A stretch of DNA of 64,000 nucleotides from Candidatus Poribacteria bacterium (GCA_963665235.2 CAXXLX010000001.1:3424001-3488000); one strand, 5' to 3'; shown: positions 9,251 through 19,214, counted from the stretch's first letter. The notes: a model not told the origin generated them from the letters alone. Numbers and translations: made by a program.

Positions 9251-9838
9251 ATGCAAGATATACTGCAACAAGCTGAATCGCGCATGAAGAAAACGGTTGA
9301 GTCCACAGGGGCAAAGCTGTCGCATGTTCAAACAGGTCGGGCGAATACTGCCCTCTTGGACCAGGTTACGGTCAATTACTACGGTAATAAAACGCCTCTG
9401 AATCAGGTTGGTACCATTACGTCTCCAGAGGCGCGCCAGCTTGTGATTCAGCCTTGGGACAAGACATTAATTACGGAGATTGAGAAAGCAATCGCCCTTG
9501 CGGATTTAGGGTTTTCTACGAATAACGATGGAAATGTTATCCGGGTTCAGGTGCCGGAACTTACAACGGAGCGGCGTGTTGAACTCACGAAGCTAGTTCG
9601 GAAATTAGCAGAAGAGGGCAGGGTCGCTATCCGGAACATCCGCCGTGATGCTAATGATGCCATCCGGAAATCGGAAGGAAACGATGCAAGCGCGGGCGGT
9701 AGAAAAAGTAAAGGTAGAAGCGGCGATAAGAAAAAGGGCCGCAGCGATTCTGATCCGGTCCAAAAACTAACGGACACTTACGTGAACCAAATTAACGATT
9801 TATCCTCTGCAAAAGAATCCGAGCTGTTAGAGAATTAA
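9251..9838 (+). CDS. frr: Ribosome recycling factor
   Basis: TGRANTALLD, IQPWDK, PELTTERR, RVAIRNIRRDAND. Confidence 0.95.
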   Translation: MQDILQQAESRMKKTVESTGAKLSHVQTGRANTALLDQVTVNYYGNKTPLNQVGTITSPEARQLVIQPWDKTLITEIEKAIALADLGFSTNNDGNVIRVQVPELTTERRVELTKLVRKLAEEGRVAIRNIRRDANDAIRKSEGNDASAGGRKSKGRSGDKKKGRSDSDPVQKLTDTYVNQINDLSSAKESELLEN

Positions 9839-9841
9839 GTT

Positions 9842-10675
9842 ATGTTTTGGCGGCGAGTCTTAAGCATATTTGTGTTGGCTCCGCTAGTTTTCCTGATTGT
9901 CTACCAGGGCGGTTGGTTTCATGCAATTCTCATCTCTATTGCCGCCTTGATAATGCAAATTGAGTATTGCAAGTTGGTGCAGCACCTTGGCAGAAAACTA
10001 GGTTTTGTGATGCCGGTGCTTTTAACGGTTGCCTTCTGCTGTTTTGCACAGTTCTTGCCAGCACCAGCAAAAGTATTGAATGCTTTTTTGCTGTTTGGTT
10101 TCTTTGCTTTCGTCCCGCTCTATGTTTTTGCTGAAAGCATCTTGAGCGGTAAAGTCGAGGGCAAATTGGTAACCGTCGCTTTGAAGTTCACCGGCATTAT
10201 CACTATCGGCTGGTTATTTGGGTACCACCTTATCCTACTACGAAATACCGAGGCAGTAGGCAGGCCGCTGCTCTTTTTGCTCATGGGGGTAGTCTGGGGC
10301 AGTGACACTGGGGCTTACCTTATCGGTAAAGCTATCGGTAAACATCGCCTCAACACCCCGGTTAGCCCGAGAAAAACGGTTGAGGGTACTGTTGCGGGAT
10401 TAATTGTGGGAATCTTAATCAGTCTTGCTCTCACTGCATGGCTTTTACACGACACGTTCTCTCTGATAACTGCTGCGTTCATCGGATTAATATTGAGTGC
10501 TTTAGGACAATTCGGTGACCTGAGTGTTTCCCTTATGAAACGCACCGCTGGTGTCAAAGACTCTGGGGATGTCATACCGGGGCACGGTGGATTCCTTGAT
10601 AGGTGCGATAGTTTAATCTTTAGCACCCCCGCGCTCTATTACTATGTGGAGATAACAAGGCATTTGGCACAGTAG
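9842..10675 (+). CDS. cdsA: Phosphatidate cytidylyltransferase
   Basis: SDTGAY, SPRKTVEG, GDL..S.MKR..GVKDSG..IPGHGGFLDRCDS. Confidence 0.95.
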   Translation: MFWRRVLSIFVLAPLVFLIVYQGGWFHAILISIAALIMQIEYCKLVQHLGRKLGFVMPVLLTVAFCCFAQFLPAPAKVLNAFLLFGFFAFVPLYVFAESILSGKVEGKLVTVALKFTGIITIGWLFGYHLILLRNTEAVGRPLLFLLMGVVWGSDTGAYLIGKAIGKHRLNTPVSPRKTVEGTVAGLIVGILISLALTAWLLHDTFSLITAAFIGLILSALGQFGDLSVSLMKRTAGVKDSGDVIPGHGGFLDRCDSLIFSTPALYYYVEITRHLAQ

Positions 10676-10830
10676 CAAATAGCAAATAGCAGGATGCTGT
10701 GATTCTAAGAAGAACTCTGAAGCGCGTCAGAGGTTTCTCCTCTCTGTTTTCTGTCTCTTGCTAACAGCCAGCGAGGTTTCCAATAGCCAACAGCCATTGC
10801 CCGATTTTACTCCGTTCAATCCGACCTACA
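10673..10830 (+). repeat. Heptamer-flanked repeat copy 2 plus adjacent REP-like unit
   Basis: (TAGCAAA)3 + core TGTGATTCTA...TCTGAAGCGCGTCA...TCTTGCTAACAGCC; then ...ccgttcaatccgacCTAC (reverse GTAG repeat, similar to 21824). Confidence 0.75.
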
Positions 10831-10863
10831 AATACGGCTAGGGGGCAACTTGAGTTATACATT

Positions 10864-12027
10864 ATGAAGCACATCGCCATCCTGGGTAGCACCGGTTCCA
10901 TTGGAAAGAACGCGCTCGACGTTGTTGAAACGCATGCTGACGAATTTAAAGTTGTCGGGCTCGCTGCAAATACGGATGTGGATACCCTCGAACATCAGGT
11001 AAGGCAGTTTCGACCGAAGGTGGCTGCGCTGAATCAACCCGCAGCTGCGGCACGTCTCCGCGAACGGCTCCATGACCTCAAGGGTACAGAGGTACTCGCC
11101 GGTGCGGAAGGGCTCCACACAGTCGCTACGATGCCAGAGGTCGAACAGGTCTTAGATGGCATGGGCGGCAGCGCGGGGTTGTTACCGACGTTCGCTGCGA
11201 TTAATGCCGGCAAGGATATCGCTTTCGTTAACAAAGAGGTGATGGTGATGTGTGGGCCCCTCGTCATGGAGGCGGTCCGCGCAAACGGCGTTAACCTGAT
11301 ACCGATAGATGGCGAGATGAGTGCAATTTTCCAATGTTTAGAAGGTGCACGCGACCGGCAGGTGGATATCCACAAATTATTGCTAACCGCATCTGGCGGC
11401 CCTTTTCGCGATACCCCAAAGGCGGCTCTTCAAAGCGTAACGCCGCAACAGGCACTGCGTCACCCCAATTGGGATATGGGCGCGAAAATTACGATTGATT
11501 CCGCAACGATGATGAACAAAGGGTTAGAGGTCATTGAGGCGAAATGGTTGTTTGATGTTGAGCTTGCAAAAATTGATATTGTTATCCATAGAGAAAGCAT
11601 TATTCATTCTATGGTTGAATGGGCAGATGGCTCAACGCTCGCCCAGTTGGGGCCGACGGATATGCGTATCATGATTCAATATGCACTAACATACCCGCGC
11701 AGACTTTCTACACCGGTACCACGGCTAGATTTGCGGGAGATGGGAACGTTACATTTTGAGCCGGTTGATGTAGAAAAATTTCCGTGCATTTCGCTTGCAT
11801 ACACCGCCGCTGAAGTTGGTGGTACTCTTCCTGTTGTGCTTAGCAGTGCGGATGAAGTGGTAGTAAGTGCTTTTCTTAACAATGCTATCGGGTTTATGGA
11901 TATTCCCGCTATTTTGCAGAAAGTTATGGACAAACACCTTGTGATTTCAAATCCGATGCTTGAGGATATCCTTGAGGTCGACCAATGGGCGAAATCGACT
12001 GCCCGAGCAATCATATTTAGCCGTTAG
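10864..12027 (+). CDS. dxr: 1-deoxy-D-xylulose-5-phosphate reductoisomerase
   Basis: ILGSTGSIG, NKE, LTASGGPFR, HPNWDMGAKITIDSATMMNKGLEVIEA. Confidence 0.96.
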   Translation: MKHIAILGSTGSIGKNALDVVETHADEFKVVGLAANTDVDTLEHQVRQFRPKVAALNQPAAAARLRERLHDLKGTEVLAGAEGLHTVATMPEVEQVLDGMGGSAGLLPTFAAINAGKDIAFVNKEVMVMCGPLVMEAVRANGVNLIPIDGEMSAIFQCLEGARDRQVDIHKLLLTASGGPFRDTPKAALQSVTPQQALRHPNWDMGAKITIDSATMMNKGLEVIEAKWLFDVELAKIDIVIHRESIIHSMVEWADGSTLAQLGPTDMRIMIQYALTYPRRLSTPVPRLDLREMGTLHFEPVDVEKFPCISLAYTAAEVGGTLPVVLSSADEVVVSAFLNNAIGFMDIPAILQKVMDKHLVISNPMLEDILEVDQWAKSTARAIIFSR

Positions 12028-12150
12028 CAATTAGCAAATTGGCAATTAGCAATTGGCAAGATTTTGTGATTCTAAGCAGGTTTCTGACGCGCGTCAAAAA
12101 AACTCTTTCTCTTGCTAATAGTTTCCAACAGCCAACAGCCAACAGCCAAA
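12024..12150 (+). repeat. Heptamer-flanked repeat copy 3
   Basis: (TTAGCAA)n-core with palindrome TGACGCGCGTCA-(ACAGCCA)3. Confidence 0.85.
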
Positions 12151-12167
12151 CTATAAAAGGACAAATA

Positions 12168-13880
12168 ATGGAACTTATTCAATCAGTACTGGCAAGTATT
12201 CCGGGCATCGGTGTGGTTAAATGGATACTGCTCGCTGTTATTCCCCTCGGTTTTCTTATCTTTATCCATGAACTTGGTCATTTTCTCGCAGCAAAACGGG
12301 CGGGGATTAAGGTCAACACCTTTTCCATAGGTTTCGGTCCGAGGGTTTTCGGATTTCAACGGGGTGAAACGGAGTACAGGCTCTCTTGGCTGCCCTTTGG
12401 GGGGTATGTCCAAATGGAGGGCGAAAATCCGACTGAGCAGACTGGGGCTCCCGGTGAATTTGGGAGCGCATCGCTAAGCAGTCGCGCATTTGTCGTGATA
12501 GCAGGACCTGCTATCAACCTTCTATTCGGTATGTTGATATATTGGTTTGTCTTCGGAGTCGGCCTCAACAGAACATCTGCTGATTTTATTGAAAGGTTAA
12601 TTGGGCATTCTATTGGTGAAAAAGAGGTGCGCGTCCAGCTAGGGGAACTTGCCGATGATGGCCCAGGGGCAGCCGGGGGCTTAATGCCCGGCGACACAAT
12701 CGTTTCAGTGAATGGAGACACGCTCACAAGCTGGTCAGCTTTTCAGACCAGAATTTTTACGAGTGCGAAAAAACGGCTCGAGTTTGTGGTTGAACGGGAT
12801 GGGGTGCACCAGACACTTTTTGTTACACCTGAAGCGACCCCCGAAGAGGAATTGAGAGGCAACAACCCGCGCGGCGATATAGGCAGGCTCCGCGTCGCTG
12901 AAGGACAGGAGACAGAGGTTGCTGAGGTTACCCCCGGAAGTTTAGCAGCACTTGCAGGTATACAGGTTGGAGACAGGGTTGAAACTCTCAACGGAGAAAC
13001 GCTCTATAACGTACCGGACTTTGGCACTTGGATTTGGCGACCAACCGCGGGATGGCTCGATGCAAAACATCAACACCTTTATCACCGCATCGACCAGAGC
13101 CCGGAGGGATTTGAAATCGGCATTCGCAGAGGCGAAGAAAAATTGACAGTTCAACTGCCAGCACAGTGGCACGTAATAGCGAGAGTACAATCTAAAAGTA
13201 CTGCGCAAAACGCAGGCATTCAGAGCGGCGATATTCTCGTCAGTCTCAACGGACAACCTGTCAACAGCGAGACACTCTACACGAAACTGAACGCATTAAC
13301 AGACGGACCGATTGCTCTCGGATTAATTCAGCAGGGCATCGAAAAAACGGTAATGCTTTCGGAAGCAGAAATTTCGGGAATAGATGATGAACGCACATTT
13401 TACGGTCTGACATTGCAAACTACCCTAAGCGGGATGACGTTCGCCCCGCCCCAAGGACCGTTGCCTGAATATAATGTTTTTACCGCATTTGAAAAAGGCC
13501 TTGAAACCACCTATTTAACGCTTACGGTTATCGCTCGAACACTAAAACAGTTAATAAGCGGAGAGGTATCGCCTAAATATCTCACCGGTCCTATCGGTAT
13601 TGGGCAGGCAACGAAGAACATATTTGAAATCGGTTTAATTAGTTTCCTATTTTTTATCGGGTTTATCAGTATTAATCTCGCTATTGTAAATTTATTACCG
13701 ATTCCCATTGCTGATGGCGGGCATCTGCTGTTTTTCGCGATAGAGAAAATCAGAGGCAAACCGGTACCCCGTAGGGCACAAGAAATCGTTCAACAGGTCA
13801 GCTTCCTCCTTATCATTGCACTGTTTGTGTATATCACCTGGTTCGATAGCCTGACACTGTTTAATCAGCTCCGGAATTGA
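12168..13880 (+). CDS. rseP: RIP metalloprotease RseP with multiple PDZ domains
   Basis: HELGH, FSIGFGP, LPFGGYV, AGPAINL, NLLPIPIADGGH; start at ATG 12168 after AAAGGA. Confidence 0.93.
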   Translation: MELIQSVLASIPGIGVVKWILLAVIPLGFLIFIHELGHFLAAKRAGIKVNTFSIGFGPRVFGFQRGETEYRLSWLPFGGYVQMEGENPTEQTGAPGEFGSASLSSRAFVVIAGPAINLLFGMLIYWFVFGVGLNRTSADFIERLIGHSIGEKEVRVQLGELADDGPGAAGGLMPGDTIVSVNGDTLTSWSAFQTRIFTSAKKRLEFVVERDGVHQTLFVTPEATPEEELRGNNPRGDIGRLRVAEGQETEVAEVTPGSLAALAGIQVGDRVETLNGETLYNVPDFGTWIWRPTAGWLDAKHQHLYHRIDQSPEGFEIGIRRGEEKLTVQLPAQWHVIARVQSKSTAQNAGIQSGDILVSLNGQPVNSETLYTKLNALTDGPIALGLIQQGIEKTVMLSEAEISGIDDERTFYGLTLQTTLSGMTFAPPQGPLPEYNVFTAFEKGLETTYLTLTVIARTLKQLISGEVSPKYLTGPIGIGQATKNIFEIGLISFLFFIGFISINLAIVNLLPIPIADGGHLLFFAIEKIRGKPVPRRAQEIVQQVSFLLIIALFVYITWFDSLTLFNQLRN

Positions 13881-13887
13881 TTAACAG

Positions 13888-14002
13888 CAGGACTTACGCA
13901 AATTTAGAACATAAGCTCGTAGGGGCTGGGTCCCCCAGCCCGCTAAGTCAACCTCTAAATCCCATTATCTATGGATTTTAGCAACGTGCTGCGTAAGTCC
14001 TG
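13888..14002. mobile_element. 115-bp MITE with GTAG-hairpin cargo
   Basis: Perfect 13-bp TIR CAGGACTTACGCA/TGCGTAAGTCCTG; 5-bp TSD AACAG; internal GTAG-GGGCTGGG-tcc-CCCAGCCC. Confidence 0.88.
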
Positions 14003-14044
14003 AACAGATTGAGCGGATAGAAAACGTGCCGTCAGAGAGATGTT

Positions 14045-14749
14045 ATGGATAAAGCGAAACTCAAAGAGGAATATTTACAAATTGCTGTAACTGTGAGGGA
14101 ATACGTGGAAGAACAACTTCAACTCGGTTTCAGAGAACTACAGGAGCCTGAACCGGAATCCGAATTTGCGGGGTTAGACCTACCTGCGCTCGCCGCTGAG
14201 GCTCAAGGTTGCACGAAATGTGGGCTGCATGCAACGCGGAACGCTGTCGTTTTCGGAGTCGGCAACCCGAATGCCGATTTGATGTTTATCGGTGAGGCTC
14301 CCGGTGCTGACGAAGACCGACAGGGTGAACCGTTTGTCGGCAGGGCTGGGCAATTACTAACACAAATTGTTGAATCAGGAATGAAACTCAAGCGCGAAGA
14401 TGTCTACATCGCCAATGTCATTAAGTGCCGTCCGCCCGGCAATAGAAACCCGGAACCCGATGAGGTTACAACCTGTACTCCTTATTTGGTCCGCCAAATA
14501 GAACTGATTCAACCTAAAGTGATTGTGGCACTCGGAAGTGTTGCTGCGAAGATGTTACTGGATACGAAGGTGGGTATTTCAAAACTTCGCGGGCAATTCT
14601 ATCCGTATCGTCCCGCCGGGATGCTCGACAAGGGGCCAGCGATTATGCCGACCTATCATCCAGCGTATCTACTCCGAAACCCAAATGCGAAACGTGATGT
14701 GTGGGAAGATATGAAAAAAGTGCTCGCTTTCTTAGCTGAAGATTTCTAA
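14045..14749 (+). CDS. Uracil-DNA glycosylase, family 4 (Fe-S)
   Basis: [43 protein letters not shown]. Confidence 0.93.
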   Translation: MDKAKLKEEYLQIAVTVREYVEEQLQLGFRELQEPEPESEFAGLDLPALAAEAQGCTKCGLHATRNAVVFGVGNPNADLMFIGEAPGADEDRQGEPFVGRAGQLLTQIVESGMKLKREDVYIANVIKCRPPGNRNPEPDEVTTCTPYLVRQIELIQPKVIVALGSVAAKMLLDTKVGISKLRGQFYPYRPAGMLDKGPAIMPTYHPAYLLRNPNAKRDVWEDMKKVLAFLAEDF

Positions 14750-15153
14750 TTGAAAAGAGGAATAGTTGTTATCCAGTTTGTGCCCATTGTAGCATAAACT
14801 TAATGTAGCATAAACTTCCAGTTTGTGCCTCTTTATTGTAGCATAAACTTCCAGTTTGTGCCTCTTTATTGTAGCATAAACTTCCAGTTTGTGCCTCTTT
14901 ATTGTAGCATAAACTTCCAGTTTGTGCCTCTTTATTGTAGCATAAACTTCCAGTTTGTGCCTCTTTATTGTAGCATAAACTTCCAGTTTGTGCCTCTTTA
15001 TTGTAGCATAAACTTCCAGTTTGTGCCTCTTTGTTGTAGCATAAACTTCCAGTTTGTGCCTCTTTGTTGTAGCATAAACTTCCAGTTTGGGTCTTCCGTT
15101 CTCCGTTTCATTTCTAACAACCGGTAATGATAGAATAATTAATAAAAATGGTA
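14742..15153 (+). mobile_element. TACCATTT-MITE copy A containing tandem array 2 (9 full cores, 33-bp period, plus 2 partial)
   Basis: Left remnant ATTTCTAATTGAAAA; cores at 14805+33n to 15069; conserved right arm ...CAACCGGTAATGATAGAATAATTAATAAAAATGGTA followed by TTA. Confidence 0.85.
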
Positions 15154-15185
15154 TTATCAGCCGTTAATCAGGAATACCGAAATAG

Positions 15186-17690
15186 ATGTCTTACGCGAAT
15201 GTTGCTTTTCCTATTGCAGTAAATCAACTGTTTACATACACAGTGCCACCGCATCTGGATTCTGTGCTGCAGCCCGGTGTTCGGGTCTTAGCTCCTTTTG
15301 GCAGAAATAATCAGGAGGGGGTTGTCGTTGAACGGATAGCGGAAACCGAACTTCCCCCGAACAAGGTTAAGCGTATTTCTGATTGTCTTGATGATATTCC
15401 TACGTTCTCCCCTGAGCTGCTTTCACTCACAAAATGGATGGCAGACTACTATCTCACCTCCTGGGGCAATGCTCTCTTTTGTGCAGTCCCCGCTGCGGTG
15501 CGAACTCAAAAACAGCAACGTGTGCAGCTCTGTCCTGATGGTCCATCTCCGACAGGAAAGGTTCAAAAGGAAATTGTCGCGCTTTTGGAAACAGAGGGGG
15601 CACTCTCACCCAATCAGCTTGCCCGTCGGGTTGGCGTAAGTTCCACGAATCTCCGCCCTAAGATTACAGCTCTTCGAGAAAAGGGTGTCGTTGATGTCTA
15701 TGTTACACACAAACCTAATGCTACGACTCAGGAAACCACAATGGCTGCCCTAGCACTACCGCCCGCCGATATTGAGGCGGAGATTTTTGAATTAAACAGG
15801 GGTGAGGATGAATACGGCAAGCTTACGAAGGGTCGGCCCCGTGCTGCTTCTGTGAAACAGGCGGAGATACTGAAAACTCTGCTGGATGCAAACGTGCCTT
15901 TAGCTGTACCGGAACTTACAAAACAGGTGGGGACGAGTGCATCTCTGCTCCGTACGCTTGAAAGACGCGGATTTATCCGAATCACGCGAGCTACAGTCGT
16001 GCGAAATCCATTGAGTTGTCAACCTGTTGCACCTACACAGCCTCATGCCTTAAATTTGGCACAATCGGAGGCGTTCTCACAAATCCGTGAGGGATTTCAA
16101 GCAGGTAATGGCTCAAAACAGGCTTTCCTACTTCATGGCGTAACCGGAAGCGGTAAAACGGAGGTGTATATGCAGGCAATTGCACCGATTCTTGAAAGTG
16201 GGAAATCGGTTATTGTCCTAGTGCCAGAGATTTCACTGACACCGCAGACCGCCTCTCGGTTTATCGGACGTTTTGGGGAGCGTGTCGCTGTGCTCCACAG
16301 TCGATTGAGCACGGGTGAACGTTATGACCAGTGGCATCGCATTCAGAAAGGCGAAGCGACAATTGCCATAGGTCCCCGTTCTGCTGTCTTTGCCCCTGTC
16401 CAACGCCTCGGTTTGCTGGTTATTGACGAGGAACACTCAGATTCCTATAAATCGGAAACCGCGCCGCGCTACCATGCACGCGAGGTTGCCCAGAAACGCG
16501 CCGAGCTCGCAAATTGTCCCTTGCTGCTCGGAAGTGCAACACCTTCCCTTGAAAGTTTCCATAACGCACACAACGGTACGTATCAACTGCTCACACTCCC
16601 AACACGGGTGTTAGATCGAAAGATGCCTGAGGTTCACATAGTGGATATGCGCGATGAACTCAAAAAGGGAAATCGTACTATTTTCTCCGAGCGGCTCCGG
16701 GATGGTATTGAACAACGGCTTGCCCGCCGTGAGCAAATTATCCTTTTTCTTAACAGACGCGGATACTCTACCTATGTGTTCTGCCGAACATGTGGTTATG
16801 TAGAAAGGTGCAAGAACTGCTCAATTTCGTTGACGTTTCACTTTGAAACGAAGCAATTGGTGTGCCATCACTGTGGTCATAGACGCAACACACATGCTAC
16901 CTGTCCGCAGTGTGCCAGCCACGCTATAGATTATTTTGGACGGCGAGGGTTCGGCACGGAAACGGTGGAACAGGAGGTACAAAAGGTGTTCCCGAAGGCG
17001 AACGTCAAGCGGTTTGATGCGGATTCAACGGCACGAAAAAACGCACATCAACAGATTTTAAAAGCTTTTCAGGAGCACGAGATTGATATATTAATCGGGA
17101 CACAGATGGTGGCGAAAGGGTTGGATTTTCCGAACGTGACGCTTGTCGGGGTCATTGTGGCGGATACCGCCTTAAATTTACCCGATTTTCGAGCAGGTGA
17201 ACAGACATTCAGTCTGCTCACGCAAGTCGCAGGCCGCTCCGGACGCGCAGAGGTCGCCGGTGAGGTTATCGTCCAAACCTACATGCCTGAACACTACTGC
17301 ATCGCAGCGGCACAGCAGCATGATTATGTCGGTTTTTATGAAAAAGAGGTCGAGGCGCGGAGTGCATTACAATATCCTCCTTTTTCACGTGTCGCAACCC
17401 TTCTGCTCCGGGGCAAAAATGAGGACCTTGTTATCGCAGCTGCACGGGCGGTACATGACCAGCTTCAACGTTGGCAAACTGAGCGGTTTTCTGATGTAGA
17501 AGTACTCGGGCCTGCCCCCGCACCGCTCTCAAAAATTGAGGGGAAATTTCGCTGGCATTTTCTCCTCCGAAGTAAAAATATTGATAAGATATGTCAACTC
17601 CTCCGTGAATTAACTGACGAACCGCCACAAGCACTTAAACCTAGTGCTATTGAGGTAATTATTGATATCGACCCAACCAATACATTGTGA
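15186..17690 (+). CDS. priA: Primosomal protein N' (helicase)
   Basis: LLHGVTGSGKTEVY, VLVPEISLTPQ, IDEEH, LGSATPS, LNRRGY, Cys-rich CxxC x4, GTQMVAKGLDFP. Confidence 0.97.
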   Translation: MSYANVAFPIAVNQLFTYTVPPHLDSVLQPGVRVLAPFGRNNQEGVVVERIAETELPPNKVKRISDCLDDIPTFSPELLSLTKWMADYYLTSWGNALFCAVPAAVRTQKQQRVQLCPDGPSPTGKVQKEIVALLETEGALSPNQLARRVGVSSTNLRPKITALREKGVVDVYVTHKPNATTQETTMAALALPPADIEAEIFELNRGEDEYGKLTKGRPRAASVKQAEILKTLLDANVPLAVPELTKQVGTSASLLRTLERRGFIRITRATVVRNPLSCQPVAPTQPHALNLAQSEAFSQIREGFQAGNGSKQAFLLHGVTGSGKTEVYMQAIAPILESGKSVIVLVPEISLTPQTASRFIGRFGERVAVLHSRLSTGERYDQWHRIQKGEATIAIGPRSAVFAPVQRLGLLVIDEEHSDSYKSETAPRYHAREVAQKRAELANCPLLLGSATPSLESFHNAHNGTYQLLTLPTRVLDRKMPEVHIVDMRDELKKGNRTIFSERLRDGIEQRLARREQIILFLNRRGYSTYVFCRTCGYVERCKNCSISLTFHFETKQLVCHHCGHRRNTHATCPQCASHAIDYFGRRGFGTETVEQEVQKVFPKANVKRFDADSTARKNAHQQILKAFQEHEIDILIGTQMVAKGLDFPNVTLVGVIVADTALNLPDFRAGEQTFSLLTQVAGRSGRAEVAGEVIVQTYMPEHYCIAAAQQHDYVGFYEKEVEARSALQYPPFSRVATLLLRGKNEDLVIAAARAVHDQLQRWQTERFSDVEVLGPAPAPLSKIEGKFRWHFLLRSKNIDKICQLLRELTDEPPQALKPSAIEVIIDIDPTNTL

Positions 17691-17793
17691 ATTAGCGATT
17701 AGCAAATTGGCAATTAGCAATTAGCAAGACGTTGTGATTATAGTCAGGTTTGTGACGCGCGTCAAAAACCTCTTCCTCTTGCTATAGGTTTCC
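17691..17793 (+). repeat. Heptamer-flanked repeat copy 4
   Basis: (TTAGCRA)n-GCAAGACGTTGTGATT...TGACGCGCGTCAAAAACCTCTTCCTCTTGCTA. Confidence 0.8.
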
Positions 17794-17921
17794 ATTATAG
17801 ACAATTATACCGGTTTAATTGCAGTCCTCTGTTTCGTTAGGAGGCGCGGTGTGAGAGAAATGAAAATCTGCGATTTTCATGAAATCTTTCTCCCCCGCCC
17901 GCTTTGAAAAACCGTGTTTAT

Positions 17922-17947
17922 TAGGCGAGGTGACCTCGCCCCTACGG
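17922..17947 (-). repeat. Single GTAG-type REP hairpin
   Basis: GGCGAGG-tga-CCTCGCC-CCTAC; degenerate relative near 56002. Confidence 0.6.
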
Positions 17948-17971
17948 AGATTAACTTTCTCCATTTCTTCC

Positions 17972-18001
17972 TTGATATCTTTCAACACATTATGGTAGAA
18001 T
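17972..18001 (+). promoter_or_regulatory. Leaderless promoter of rpn1
   Basis: TTGATA-18-TAGAAT (TGG extension), 6 nt before ATG 18008; no SD. Confidence 0.6.
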
Positions 18002-18007
18002 ACAAAT

Positions 18008-18859
18008 ATGGCACAAGAATATAATAATACAGCAAGAATTTTACTAACAGAGCATGCTACCGACATCTCACAATTTGTGCTCGACACAGAGGACGTTGAA
18101 GTCCTTGAGAATATTGACACGGAACAGCAACACACCGTCGCACGCCGAACCGATAGCACAAAACGCATTCGTGTCGACGGGCACGAGGCGATATTGCACA
18201 TTGAGCTCCAACTTCGGGATAGTACGCATAGACCGATGTGGGCACGAAACGCTGAATATCAGGGTTATCTCATCGGTCAACATCAGGTGCCTGTCTATAC
18301 CAGCACTATCTATTTCCACCGAAACGCGGGCAAGAATGACCCTGGGAAATACGAATATAGCTGGAACGGATTTGTGTATACCCTACACTATAAGGTAATC
18401 CGTCTGAGTCAGATAGATGGCAAATCGGTTTTGGAGCGGCAAGCCCCGGGTTTGCTGCCGTTTACACCGCTGATGCAGCGGCCGGCGGGTATGGATTTAG
18501 ACCGGTGGGTTCAAGAATGCGTTGATACGACATTATCTGCGCCTGTTGATGAGCAGATGCGGTCCGATTTACTGTTCGCTACCTATCTGTTTGGGAGCAT
18601 TGTGCATGACGCTACGGTGTATAGACACCGTATACGGGAGGAACTTATGATAGAGTCTAAAGGATACCAACTCCTTATCAGAGAAAATACCATTGAAAAC
18701 ACGTTGGCTTTGCTGGAATCCCGATTCCAACCTGAGGCAGTCAATACTGTCCGACCGGTACTTCTTCGCATAGACGACTTGGAAAAACTAAAGCAGTTGC
18801 TCGTTGCAGCAGCAAGAGTGCCAAACATAGAGGCCTTTGCACGAATGCTACACGAGTAG
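18008..18859 (+). CDS. Rpn/YhgA-like PD-(D/E)XK nuclease (rpn1)
   Basis: RRTD...ILHIELQ PD-(D/E)xQ core, YKVIRL, LLPFTPLM; C-terminal LESRF...IDDLEKLKQL helical module. Confidence 0.8.
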   Translation: MAQEYNNTARILLTEHATDISQFVLDTEDVEVLENIDTEQQHTVARRTDSTKRIRVDGHEAILHIELQLRDSTHRPMWARNAEYQGYLIGQHQVPVYTSTIYFHRNAGKNDPGKYEYSWNGFVYTLHYKVIRLSQIDGKSVLERQAPGLLPFTPLMQRPAGMDLDRWVQECVDTTLSAPVDEQMRSDLLFATYLFGSIVHDATVYRHRIREELMIESKGYQLLIRENTIENTLALLESRFQPEAVNTVRPVLLRIDDLEKLKQLLVAAARVPNIEAFARMLHE

Positions 18860-18924
18860 CAGCCTTTGCGCTTGTTGATGAGCAGATGCGCCCCGTTGTA
18901 TAGACCCGTATACGGGAGGAACTT

Positions 18925-19137
18925 ATGATAGAGTCTAAAGGATACCAACTCCTTATTATAGAAAATACCATTGAAAACACGTTGGCTTTGCTGGAATCCC
19001 GATTCCAACCTGAGGCAGTCAATACTGTCCGACCGGCACTTCTTCGCATAGACGATTTGGAAAAACTAAAGCAGTTGCACATCGCAGCAGCAAGAGTGCC
19101 AAACATAGAGGCCTTTGCACGAATGCTACACGAATAA
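18925..19137 (+). CDS. Stand-alone duplicate of the rpn1 C-terminal 70 aa (RpnS-like)
   Basis: Near-identical to 18647-18859, including SD GGGAGGAACTT-ATG. Confidence 0.7.
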   Translation: MIESKGYQLLIIENTIENTLALLESRFQPEAVNTVRPALLRIDDLEKLKQLHIAAARVPNIEAFARMLHE

Positions 19138-19214
19138 CAGCCTTTGCGCTTGTTGCCGGGCAGACGCGCTACATTTAGACTTGCAACGTTTAAAAGGAAA
19201 AGGAATAATTATAT

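Noticed and set aside
12039-12167. N-terminal extension of RseP
   Set aside because: It lies in a heptamer repeat element; the SD precedes ATG 12168.
14825-15127. Repeat-encoded ORFs (PLYCSINFQFV)n, MLQERTQ..., 45571-45933 etc.
   Set aside because: They are by-products of the arrays; periods of 31/32 bp in other copies do not preserve frame.
18860-19137. DGR template/variable repeat pair
   Set aside because: Differences are not adenine-specific and no reverse transcriptase is in the window.
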